Assembly (NCBI GenBank): GCA_044892505.1
Contig: CM097883.1
Location: forward strand, 186,062,001 to 186,126,000
Origin: Schmidtea nova
Lineage: Eukaryota
Direction of reading: 5' to 3'
Length of the DNA: 64,000 bases
The position numbers were made by a program, and so were the translations under genes. Below, piece after piece: positions 1 through 11,090 of this stretch (position 1 is the first letter of the stretch; each line of letters begins with the position of its first letter). A model generated the notes under the pieces. That model was not told the origin of the DNA and searched no databases. It was given only the letters and a program-made list of their open reading frames with translations.

Positions 1-399
1 TTGATTTTTTAGATTATTTATTTTTCGCAATTGTTTTAATAATACAGTTTAATTTTATAATCGATATTAAATAATTTTTAGATTGTTTGAATAATTACAA
101 TTTTAATTAATAATTTGTACATTTTGATTAGAAATTCGTTTCAATGATAAATCTCAATTATATTTTCACATCTTTATTATTAGATTTTTTTCTATTATTT
201 TTTTTTTGAAAATTAAAAAAAAATTGATCAAAAAATTTAAAAATAAAATATAAAAATTTAGAACTGATGATGTGTCACAGGCTCCAAACATCAATTAAAA
301 AGTGTTTCGTTTAAACAAAAAATTCTCATATTAAATTAGAAAAATCGTTATTGATTATTATACTGACTCTAATTGGGTATCAAAAAGGCCTTTTCTTCT

Positions 400-1450
400 A
401 TCTTCTTTTTACTTTGAACTGATTATATCATTTATAATTACTTCTACCATTTGATCAAATATTTCCTGTGGAACTGGAATTGGATAAGTATCTTTTCTCG
501 TAACTTGATTTAAATTTCGACAGTCAATACAAAATCTTTCTTTTTGACAAAGACTATTGATGACGAGAATGGTCATGAACTATCTCGAATTATTTTAAAT
601 TCTTTCATTGCTTTGATTTGTCGATCGCTTTCTTGATGTTTATAAAGAATTATATACGGGCGCAATTTAATAGGAGTTTCATCAATTATTGGTATCTCGT
701 GTTCGATCACTTGAGTAAGTCCCAAATCATATTCGTGCCTTACAAACACTGTCGGATCTTCTCAGTAGCGCCATGAATTCTCGTTTTTCTGCTCCAGTTA
801 ATTTGTCTCTAATAATCGTTTGAATACTGTTTCTACATCCTTTAAATGTTACTGAAAATCACTTGAAAATATTATTATGTCATCAATATAAACTAATGCA
901 TGTGGAATGTCATGCAAGACAAAATTCATACGTCTTTGGAACGTGGCTGGCGTTCCTGTTAAGCCAAATGGTAAAACATTGAATTTATACAAACCTTTAC
1001 CATCTGAGAATGCTGTTTTTCTTCTATCCACTTCTTTTACTTTAGACTGGTTATATCCTTTATTTAGGTCAATTACTGTGAAGAATTTCGCTTCTCCAAC
1101 CTGATCAAATATTTCCTGTGGAGCTGGAATAGGATAAGTATATTTTCTCGTAACTTGATTTAATTTTCGACAGTCAATACAAAATCTTTTTGACAACGAC
1201 TATTGATGATGAGAATGGTCATGAACTATCTCGTATTATTTTAAATTCTTTCATTGCTTTGATTTTTCGATCGCTTTCTTGATGTTTATATAGAATTCTG
1301 TACGGGCGCAATTTAATATGAGTTTCATCGATTATTGGTATCTCATGTTCGATCACTTGAGAAAGTCCCAAATCATATTCGTGTCTTACAAACACTGTCG
1401 TATCTTCTCAGTAACGCCATGAATTCTCGTTTTTCTGCTCCAGTTAAATC
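400..1450. repeat. Diverged tandem duplication of ~410-430 bp of the RT region (about 400-812 and 1020-1450)
   Basis: Long shared strings, e.g. tgatcaaatatttcctgtgga and gtaacttgatttaa.tttcgacagtcaatacaaaatc, occur in both copies with scattered substitutions. Confidence 0.9.
849..1450 (-). pseudogene. pol: Ty3/gypsy reverse transcriptase N-terminal remnant, truncated after the YIDD motif
   Basis: ORF 849-1196 has FCIDCRKLNQVT, FTVIDLNKGYNQ, FNVLPFGLTGTPATFQRRM, VYIDDII; upstream frames broken; no RNase H or integrase follows. Confidence 0.9.
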
Positions 1451-1572
1451 TTTGCTAATAAACTGGTTTTTATAGATTTTAATGTTCATCGGTAGTTTTT
1501 GATGGTTTTCTGTTCTAAATTATGTTAACCTTCCCAACTTTGTTTGGGTTTTATTTGAATGAATTTTGAGCA

Positions 1573-2160
1573 TTAATTTGCTATTCTTACGGGAACTCTT
1601 TGGACTTTCACTGTCATTTTTTCATGACACATTGGTATTTCATTTTTTTCTACCAGTTTCTGACTTGGTTCAAATATGCATCCATCATCTGATCCGTCTG
1701 TTACATTAGCATAATATATCACCTCGCTTCTCGCTGGAAATTCCACTGCTTGACTTTGAAAGACTACTTTATTTGCAATTTTACCGTGTTGTTCCTTTAT
1801 TAATTTTCCTATAGTTAGATCAAAACCAATTCTTTGTAATTGTCGCATAACATCCATATCAACTAAACAAATTAAGGGACATTTCCTTATCACTTACATT
1901 ATGCGTTATTTCTTTATTACCGATAATTAATTTAGCTTCTATTTTCCTAATTACATCTAAACAGTTCTGCGACATTGATTTGATCTTTTAACCGCTTGTT
2001 TCATACTTGCTCTTTGCGTGTTAACATTTATCCAACACTATTGTGTGACTTGAACCTGAATCCAACAAAGCTTCGACTGTTCTTTTATTAAACTGTATAT
2101 TTATCCGAGGTTGTTTGTCTTCTCCCCCCATAGTCATCACCGCATAACTACATGGTAGTA
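1573..2160 (-). pseudogene. Retropepsin aspartic protease remnant and pol linker
   Basis: Minus strand reads QPRINIQFNKRTVEALLDSGSSHTIVLDKC* (DSG active site near 2060); downstream ORF 1573-1893 resembles the protease-RT spacer. Confidence 0.8.
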
Positions 2161-2870
2161 GTCCAACTCCTCAATTTCACTGTTTCCCCTATTATTACTC
2201 ACTTTTCTCTCTCTAACTTCTATGGTCGTTACCATTGACCTACTGGGTTTTCCAGTCAGCGTCTTTTTATTACTTTACCTATCTTGATAAACTGGTTTCC
2301 TTTTACTCTCCTCAAATCTCATGGTCTGCTGGGTTTTCCAGTCAGCACCCTTCTTTTACTCATTTTGCCTTATTACTCTTCACTGTATGCATACTTTAAC
2401 ATTACTAGGTCACGTAATCAGCTTTACTCGCATTCATCAATACTCCTGGTGCGCACCTTTAAATCCCTCATTATCAATTCTGTTTCTCTCTGTGGTTGCT
2501 TATGCTTCTTCGGAGAATCTATTGTCGCGTTTCGTTAAGTCCTATTTTTCAAGGGCTATGGTCAAATCCTTTCTCTCAAGGACCCCTCTATTATTTCACT
2601 AAGTCCTGTATTTCAAGGAATTCATCTATTGTCTCCTTTCTTTCAAAGAATCCATTTAGCCTCGAGTTTTCCATTTACTCGGCTCATCTATTACAACTCC
2701 TCTATTCTACTGTCGATTCCTCAAATTCTCTGCTTGATTTTACTTTATGCGAGCTGACCAGGTGTCTTTCATCATTTATCCATTCGTCTTATCCCTTTTA
2801 TTACTCTCTATTCTTACTGATCAGTTAACGTCCTATTTTTATATTTTTCTGCGCGCGCCTAAACCTCATT
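2160..2870 (-). pseudogene. Degenerate gag remnant
   Basis: Position directly upstream of the protease; fragment ETIDEFLEIQDLVK resembles retrotransposon-gag Q..GE.IDEF; many stops. Confidence 0.45.
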
Positions 2871-3149
2871 GAGTTGTCCCTACCTTTCACCCCAACCAAA
2901 ACATATAAAAAGATCGCATTGGTCCACTGATGCGAGATGTGGTGATCAGTCACATCACAAGAGCTTTCCAATTTCAGCGATTGGCCCCTTTCTACACATC
3001 TCAGGTAAGTTGATCAGTTGGTTCCCCCAATGGGTGCTTAACGGACTACTCGTAAGTAGCTCATAATTACTTAGGTCATTTTTACCATATCATCATTAAA
3101 TCCTCATGACTTTCAACAACAACTGTACCTGTTAAAAATTTTATTTCTA

Positions 3150-3542
3150 TTACAAGTACACTGTTATTCTTTCAGATACGGGGAGGTTGCACATTGGACA
3201 TCGTTCATTTATTTTACAGTCACTACAAAATCGAAAATGCCCACACGGCAACAACATTATCTGGATTTTATTCATTTCGCATATGTAACACGTCAGATAC
3301 TGTATCGTATGTTCTGTTGTTATTTTCATCCATTCGTCGTGTTTCGTTACTAATTGTTGTTCTAGTCTGTGGCACTCGATATTCATTACAGAGTTGTTTA
3401 ATCGCTCTCTGTACCATTTGTACCTGGTTGTTGTGTCGATCGTATTCTTATTCTCGCTTATTCTCATTATCATTTCAACTCTTTCTGTGTTGTTTGTTGG
3501 TTCGCGATATTCTACTACTTCGAGTCGTCTTAGTTTTCCCAT
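3150..3542 (-). CDS. IAP-type C3HC4 RING finger protein without BIR domain (accessory ORF)
   Basis: C-terminal CYICEMNKIQIMLLPCGHFRFCSDCKINERCPMCNLPVSERITVYL* matches IAP/MDM2-like RING spacing and terminal aromatic tail; preceded by a predicted helical region. Confidence 0.85.
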   Translation of the reverse strand: MGKLRRLEVVEYREPTNNTERVEMIMRISENKNTIDTTTRYKWYRERLNNSVMNIECHRLEQQLVTKHDEWMKITTEHTIQYLTCYICEMNKIQIMLLPCGHFRFCSDCKINERCPMCNLPVSERITVYL

Positions 3543-4164
3543 TATCGTCTACACTGTCTCGTGGTTTGTCTCGAAAAACATTTGCATTGCTTTTATTTTG
3601 TTCTCCATCCCCTGAATGAATTTCCATTAATTTCACTGTCGATTTTTATTCATTATTTATTAATCCTATTCTATGGTAGCCTTACTGTTAGTTTTTTGTT
3701 GTTCTGTTTCTCGCGTCGTTGCTTATATATCCTCCTGTGTACTTGAATGTCGCCCCGACATGACCATTGTTTGTTGCCTACCCTCATATCCTTTTCATAC
3801 ATACCTTTCAGCATACCTTTACATGGCGTCATGCATACTTTTCATTACCTTTTTCACACTGTTATTCCTCATATTATTCATCATGCTTTCATTCATCATC
3901 AGGCTTTCGCCCCATTATCATTCATACTTTCCTTCTCATGCATACTTTTGTCACACTCATCATTCTCATTGTTTCATAACACATTCTTTTATTTTTCGAT
4001 CCAATTCATTTTTGCCTCAGGACTGTCAAAACCCTCTGTTACTATTTACTTGGCTTTTTCCGACAAAAATCAATTTCATCCCGCTAAGGGGTACTTTAAA
4101 ACTCTCTGCCGATATTGAATTCACTTTTTCCCACAAAGACCAATTTAATCCCGACTGAGCCCCT

Positions 4165-4425
4165 AAATTTATGCTGGTGTGTTGGTTAGATGTTCAACTG
4201 AGATCATATTTGATTTTATGCGTTAGGGTGATCTCGCCAACATAACAACATCTCCCCGCTGACACCCATGATGTATCCCTAACTACTCATCATGTTGGTA
4301 CTGTGTCAACGTTGTGAAATGACAAGGCAGGTGAGCAACCTTGCGGTTACTATTCCCTTGTTTATTCACGGTTCCACCACTACCGTTAGAAGGTCTGCGT
4401 GGTTTTGTTTCGGTCCCTTTCCTAT
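4165..4425 (-). ncRNA. Conserved structured cis-element, copy 1 (possible LTR R/U5-leader RNA)
   Basis: Homologous to 8385-8640 (+); stems ACAAGG/CCTTGT, AGTAACC-gcaa-GGTTGCT, CATGATG/CATCATG, GGTG/CACC. Confidence 0.55.
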
Positions 4426-4666
4426 TATTTAGTCTACTGTCTAGGGTATATTCGACTTTCGGATGTCCCGTAGCAAAAATGAATTGACTTTATTCAACTA
4501 TCTTACTGATTTTTCCAACACATACATACCTCAGTCATGCAAGTCATACAATTCAACTAGAATACATTTATTTTCCATTTAACAACATCGACGGATTGAT
4601 TACGGCGAGCAACTGTTTCTCGGTAAGACCACTCAGAAGGTCTACCTCAATTCCAATTCGTTCAGC

Positions 4667-5131
4667 CTATTCTCTTCGTTCTCGTCTCCTTTTCGCTCCC
4701 AATCGAATCCGTCGTTTCGTTCGTTTGGAGCCCTCAAGTTTCGACATGTTCATTGGAGTATTGGTCATGGAACTCGAGTCCATATCCGTTTGTATACCCG
4801 TAGATACATTGGTGGTCTCTATCCAGCGGTCGAAAGTGCTGGCTCGAATGAGAGGTCGCAATTGTTGTGTTATGAAGTCCTTTGTTGATGCCCTCATGTA
4901 ATTATTTAACTCCAGCTTCACGGCGGCCGTTTCTCGAGTTTGCTCTTTAGCCCTTCGCTCGGCTCGGTACCTGGCCTGTTGAATAAGTTTTACGCGCTCC
5001 GGATGAAACCACGTCGTTTTCACGACCTGATACTCTTCACTCAGCTGCCGTAGCCTACTCTCGAGCACTCTAACTCGTAACTTGGACTCCTTGGCTTCCT
5101 TCTTATAATCACGATCTTTATTCGTATTCAT
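4667..5131 (-). CDS. Coiled-coil protein/exon with GIQTD motif and basic C-terminal tail
   Basis: 154-aa ORF immediately after a pyrimidine-rich acceptor (ttttctctttttag|ATG); charged heptad-like N-half, STGIQTD, KRTKRRIRLGAKRRRERR. Confidence 0.55.
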   Translation of the reverse strand: MNTNKDRDYKKEAKESKLRVRVLESRLRQLSEEYQVVKTTWFHPERVKLIQQARYRAERRAKEQTRETAAVKLELNNYMRASTKDFITQQLRPLIRASTFDRWIETTNVSTGIQTDMDSSSMTNTPMNMSKLEGSKRTKRRIRLGAKRRRERRE

Positions 5132-5381
5132 CTAAAAAGAGAAAACGGGGATTAACATTCACTATGGTTAACTGTGGTCTTATGTCCCCTTTCTACCCTC
5201 GAGCTCTATGTCGTTAGTATTCAGAGAACTTTACACCGATTTGCCGTTCCGTACACGATCATCATTTCGTCAAGTAACATCACACATGGCATCATTCTTT
5301 TAATTTAAATACAACTTTTGCTACAAACATTTATTTATTTTTGTCACAACACGCGAGATTTTCATGTTTGTCCGATGAGTT

Positions 5382-5944
5382 TCAAGAGAACTCTATTAAT
5401 TCTTGATTGTATTGTCGGTCTGCTCGTCCTTTCCCGTCTGGCGGATAGATCTCGGGACACGAGTCCCAACATAGACGATCATTGTAGACGAAGACTTCCC
5501 ATAGTCTCTCGTCGCTCTGTCCCAACGGTTGGTTCATGTTGACACTTCCCGGCGCATGGAGGTAGTGTTGCATCTTGTCAGTGTGTATACATCGGGTCGA
5601 TCCATTAAGATGTAATTGAGCCTGTGGAAATCGGAGCCCGTCATGGAGTCATAACTCAATATCCATCTTGGTTGACATTGGGGATTCTCAAATTGGATGA
5701 ACCATCGGATGGGGGATCTGTTTGGCAAGTTGGACAACATTGACCACTCAGGGTCGCCTTCCCACCGCACTCGTAGTTGGAATGACAATGTGGTTCCTCG
5801 GGCGGCTGGATCGACGTGGCGGCGCATCCAGACTCGCAGATATCGTTCGGCAGATCGCTTGATATCAGTGGGAATGGTTTCTGAATCCTTGAATTTTATT
5901 TCCTTGGTAGCATGGCGCCGCCGCAGTACTTTCTCATGGTGCAT
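5382..5944 (-). CDS. Possible chromodomain-like accessory protein, split by a probable frameshift (ORFs 5534-5944 and 5382-5573)
   Basis: LRVRWEGDPEWSMLSNLPNRSPIRWF resembles chromo consensus YLVKWKG..TWEP.ENL...I..F; acceptor-like ttcag just upstream at ~5948. Confidence 0.35.
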
Positions 5945-6775
5945 TTTCTGAATGACGGAAAATTAAAGGTACTGTCGAACATTTCTCACGTTATCCCATC
6001 ATACGCCAATCATTCCTCATCATACGCTGTCGATCACATCATACATTCAAATATCAAAGATTTATACCTGCATGCATTCGCTTGAACGTTTGCTCATTTT
6101 CATCATACAACTGATCAGGTAGTATCAGACACTCGTCTTTTATCGATGCCACCTTACTCAATTTCATTACATTATGCTCTAAAGTTTGTCTACGCATCAC
6201 TACCACTTAGTTTATTGTTACATTTAAATCGTTTTGTGTAGGCCTGATCAGGATCGTCGTATCATGACGACCAGTAACTACTCATATATTGTGTCAATCG
6301 ATGCAACATAAAATAATATCGGTATTCAACAAACATTGGTCAAATTTTCATCGGGTTTTATAAGTTGAGGATGCCTCGTAGGGCGATTTGGGTTATGTAC
6401 GACAGTTGTTATCGCGGGAATCCTCACGCTGAGTGATACTACTTAGTGGACAGTAATAGGAATTCTGCCCCTAGACTGGTGTGAATCGAATTTAGGTTCT
6501 GGAATGTTGGTCTCTACCGTACTCTCTCTTTCTTCCACACCGTTTATTGCAACTGACTGACGGGCTGTGTCTAAACTACACTCTGGTCGTCTGTCATTAA
6601 TGGATATACCGATTTAATTCATCCGCTCACACATTACTTGAACACGCTATGTGCACCCTTCCCCTTCCGAATCAGTTTAGAATACCTATGGTCTCGCCGC
6701 ATCAGCACCTCACATGAAAATGTGTTGTGCCGAGAGGCCGAGAATCCCATCAGATCGACTGACCTTCGGGACAAA

Positions 6776-7319
6776 CTTATGAATTTTAATATGAGAGTTT
6801 AATTACATATAATAATAACAACTAACTCACGTACCTTTTATTCGCAATAGTCTTCACGGTTACAAAGTTGTTCCAAATTCAGTTGCTATCTATAAGCATA
6901 CCAAATTTGACTCTGGTAAAAAATCGACTCTTGCTACTGATTTCACTGCAATATTTATACTGAATGACGTTGCTGGCCAGCCAATCAGAATTGAGCATGT
7001 GTGCATATATTGGTTATTTTTTATGCTTAATGGTTTTTTTTGCGTATTCAATTCGGTGAGTCATTGTTTGCTCGTTTATCATTCTTTTGTTAATCTTTTG
7101 TTATATTTTAGATTATCATCGGTGTCGGCCCACGCCTGTCAGCTTTTGGTTCTATCTGAGTAAGTCTTTGTATTGTTATTTAATTTGATTTTATTCTTTT
7201 GTCAATTTTTCAGGCTTTGATGTGTACTGGTAATATGCCGACTGGTAAGTTATTTTTGCTCAATTTATTGCATTATTTGTTGTTATTTTATTTTAATTTA
7301 TTTTATGTTTTATTTCCAG
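6776..7319. promoter_or_regulatory. Putative bidirectional promoter flanked by short introns on both strands
   Basis: CCAAT (gccaatcag ~6980); plus-strand GT-AG introns 7056-7111, 7160-7213, 7245-7319; minus-strand intron ~6834-6776. Confidence 0.45.
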
Positions 7320-8080
7320 ATTGCTTGGCCCAACAATTTTCTGATATCAACATAGGTGTAACTAAATTTGGGTTTGCAATAGCCATTGCCATCAGATTTC
7401 GGAGTTTCTCTTTATTTAATTTACAATCAATAAGGATCATTTCTTGATATATATTCTACATGATGTTCTGGCTAAAATGAAACAAAAATCAATTTTATTG
7501 TTAAAATAGTGAGTTAATTTAATATCTGTTGAATGTATTCTAGTTTCAGCTTCGCGCACTATCATTTTGGATACATAAACGCCTTTATAATTTGTTGAAT
7601 TTATCATTTGACCACTTTTATTGGTGATAGCCTTCTTTATGAAGCGCATGCTAACTGTTAGTATTGTCCACATCAAACTGTTGCGGTTTTCTTCATCCAT
7701 ACTGGCGGTGATCTGACTGTTATATTTGGGGTATAATTAATATTAAAATTATCTGAACGTTCTCGAAACGGTTCTCCGCTCTATTCTTTGAAATTCATAG
7801 TTTTTAAGTGCGCTAAATTACATTCCTGGGTTTTGGCATTACACACAAGGATTGACTCTCCCATTTGGCAATTAGTTTGTTTCATGTTACAAAATGGGTG
7901 TGTTTTCAACTTTCCTGAGTCATCATCGAAAACTCCTTCAAGTTTTCTCAATTCAGTTAAATATTCCTCAATTACTACAGATTATTTGATAATTTTTCGA
8001 TCTAATTTGTATGGTTCACCTTCACAATCTCCATCTTGTTTCATTATTTCTTTTACGACCACTGTTTCTATTTAATTCTA
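7305..8080 (-). pseudogene. Env-like class III fusion glycoprotein remnant (herpes gB / chuvirus G-like)
   Basis: Fragments FCNMKQTNCQMGESILVCNAKTQECNL, STNYKGVYV...YFNNKIDF, and DCKLNKEKLRNLMAMAIANPNLVTPMLISENCWAKQSG; multiple stops and frameshifts. Confidence 0.55.
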
Positions 8081-8384
8081 TGATTTCGTTTGTTTTCAAA
8101 TTAATTTCCGAATTAATTTTTAATTCTCATTTTTGAAAAGTAGCTAGACAATTTTCAGGCATAACTTCCACTGGCCTTGGGATTGTATACATTTTTATGA
8201 ATGAAGTATGGCTCCATTTTCCACAATAAAATATAAAGGTAATACGCATAACCATACATTCTCTTTATTAAGAAGAATGTTGAATGAAATTAAAAGAATG
8301 GTGCGAGGTAATTAAATAAAATAAATAATGGGGACCGAAAGATTTACCAATATGAGAGATAGTAATAAATGAATAACGTTAATG

Positions 8385-8640
8385 TATAAAAGTGGGACCG
8401 GAATAAATCCACACAAGCCTTCTATCGGCAGTGGTGAACCCGTAGCTCTAACAGGGGAATAGTAACCATCAGGGTTGCTCACCTGCCCTGTTAGTCTACA
8501 ACGCTGGATGCAGTTCCAACATGACGAGCAATTAGAGGCGAGTCATGGGCATCAGCTGGGAGAATATCTTTATATTGGCGGGGTTGCCCTAATCTTCAAC
8601 ATCCTACGTTGAACATCAGCCAACAAACCAGCAAGTGGTT
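8385..8640 (+). ncRNA. Conserved structured cis-element, copy 2 (inverted, diverged)
   Basis: CTAACAGGG/CCCTGTTAG (8448-8494), AGTAACC-atcag-GGTTGCT, CATGAC/GTCATG, GGCA/TGCC; TATAAAA just upstream at ~8385. Confidence 0.55.
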
Positions 8641-10043
8641 GTTTTTTGAGCACTTGTTGCTTTTCCTTTCTGGGAATAAGTGCCTTTTGTTTGCTATAAG
8701 TAAATAAAAATAAGTTACGATAAACTCCTATACAACAATTTATTATTATAATTTCTTTCATGTTAAATTGAATTTTAATGTAACTACAGTAAAAATGTTA
8801 ATGATATTTTTATATAATTAACACTTGAATGTATTCTATCTTATTTAAAACTGCCTTTGGTTTGTGGAAGTCTGATATTTATTTCATCTTATTTATATAA
8901 TAAAATAGAGTCCTTATAATGAAAAATTATTAATTATATACCCAGGGCCACTGGACGCCTTACATGATAAATTAGACACCAGATTTTTTGTGAATTTTAA
9001 GACCCAAAGAAATTGTGTAGATTGGTACCTTAGCAGCTTTTAATTATTTGGTTACATCAGTGTAAATTTCTAAATACTGTTTACAAAAGTTAAAATTAAG
9101 AACATGCAACAATTGTCCAGTAAGAATAATTAATTATTAAATCTAACATTATATAAACTTGCAAATTTCCTAAAATTCCGAACAAATAGAAAATTCAAAT
9201 TTTAAAAATAAATTTCTTGTGATTATAATTCGAATGCATTGATTTTACCTGAAATAATATTTACTATCCGGAATGTGAATGTGTATTTCAGAATCAATAG
9301 GATTAATGCACGATTTAGAATTCACAGCACTGGTTTGGGAACGGAATTATTTATATTCACTTTTGGTGGTGTAGTGCCTCTGTTATTTATATATTATATA
9401 TATATATATATTAAAGTTAACTAAAATTTAATTAAATATATTTTTAAATTATATCACATTATATATAGATTTAAATAAAATATAAATATATAAGTGTTGT
9501 TTTAAAAAGGAGTTTTTGTTTAAAAAGGAAAAATAGAAAGTAGTTTAAAAAAAGAAGTACAAAAAAGCAAGCCATTTGTAAAGCACTATATACTTAAAAA
9601 GCAATTATTCACGAAGTAGTTTTAAAAGAAGAAATTTAAATCAATAATTCTCAAAGCAGTTTTAAAAGAAGAAATTGAAATCAATAATTCTCGTAGCAGC
9701 TTTAAATCCTACAAGTTCCCAACAGTTCAACAATGAATATTTTAATGAATTATATTTTATATCTCGTTTTTTCAATTTTTGATTTATTTGAGTTCACTAA
9801 AGGTGGAATTGTTATAATTTTATAATATAATCGCATTTTTTAATCACAAAGCATAAAGTCAATNNNNNNNNNNNNNNNNNNNNNNNNNNNNNNNNNNNNN
9901 NNNNNNNNNNNNNNNNNNNNNNNNNNNNNNNNNNNNNNNNNNNNNNNNNNNNNNNNNNNNNNNNNNNNNNNNNNNNNNNNNNNNNNNNNNNNNNNNNNNN
10001 NNNNNNNNNNNNNNNNNACAAAAGTATAAATAAATAACAGGTC

Positions 10044-10281
10044 AGATAAAGATGAGATAGATTGTTATATAAATCACAAAGCTAAATGAATTTGTCACAT
10101 AATAAAATTGTCAATAGATAAAATAGATTGTTATCTGAATCACAAGGCTCAATGAATTTGTCATACAATGGAATTGTCAAAAGATAATATATATTGTTAT
10201 CTGAATAGTAAGGCTGAATGAATTTGTCACACAATAGAATTGTCAAAAGATAAAATAGATTGCTATCTGAATCACAAGGCT
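10044..10281. repeat. 66-bp tandem repeat, ~3.5 copies
   Basis: Units start at 10044, 10116, 10182, 10248 (agataaaatagattgttatctgaatcacaaggct.aatgaatttgtca...). Confidence 0.9.
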
Positions 10282-10689
10282 GCTATGATGATTTATTGGA
10301 TGGATCAATGTGTATATAAAGCCTATATCTATTTGTCCCTATGCTATAGTCTTCATCTAACTCCAATACTGCTACCATTTTCCCTGTAACTAACATATTG
10401 AATAAAAAAGATTTATTGAAAAAGGAGTGAAAATAATTTGTGATAAAAAAATTATTCAAATAAGTTTTGACAAGGTAAATTGTTGATTGAAGTAATGATT
10501 TTGAAATTTAGATTTTGTGCAATTTGAGAAAATAATTTATTGAAATGAATTTATAATGAATTTATGAAGTCAGAGTAAAGAGAATCCATAATGAATAGTG
10601 AGGATTTATTAATTTATGTTGATTTATTAATTTATGTTGACAACGAAAACTATGATGTTACCTGTTCTCAGAGATTACCGATAGATCAA

Positions 10690-11090
10690 TACAAATGAGA
10701 TCCATTTTCATTTTTCAATTTTATGAATGAATATCGTATGTGTGCTACAGCTTATGGGTGGACAGAGGCAAAAATTATACAGAGATTTCCGTTATATTTA
10801 ACTGCTCGTGATGCATAGTGGATGATTGACAAGATAATAATTGGAGATGAGTGGACAAATTTAAATGATGCGATGGAAGATAAATTGGTATGCAAAGAAG
10901 TTAAAAGAATTTTGAGAAGAAAATTTTATGAAAGAACACAAAAAATATGATGAACCTGTTCTTGATTATGTGTATGAATTAATTTCATTAGCTAAAAAGG
11001 CATTTGGAGTAAACTCAGTTGATGATATCAATGTTAAAAATCTTATTATCGATAACTTTTTAAATGATATTAATAGAACTTTGAAGAAAA
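10690..11090 (+). pseudogene. Degenerate Ty3/gypsy gag remnant
   Basis: Reads DPFSFFNFMNEYRMCATAYGWTEAKIIQRFPLYL...RKFYERTQ..EPVLDYVYELISLAKKAFG with stops/frameshifts. Confidence 0.6.

Noticed and set aside
4165-4425. Assignment of the structured block to twister, hammerhead, HDV or hairpin ribozymes
   Set aside because: CGGUCCC-like and other partial motifs lack the remaining catalytic cores; left unassigned.
2284-4901. Plus-strand ORFs (2284-3066, 3194-4158, 4596-4901)
   Set aside because: Antisense shadows of minus-strand coding or purine-rich sequence; F/L/S/H-rich with no domains.
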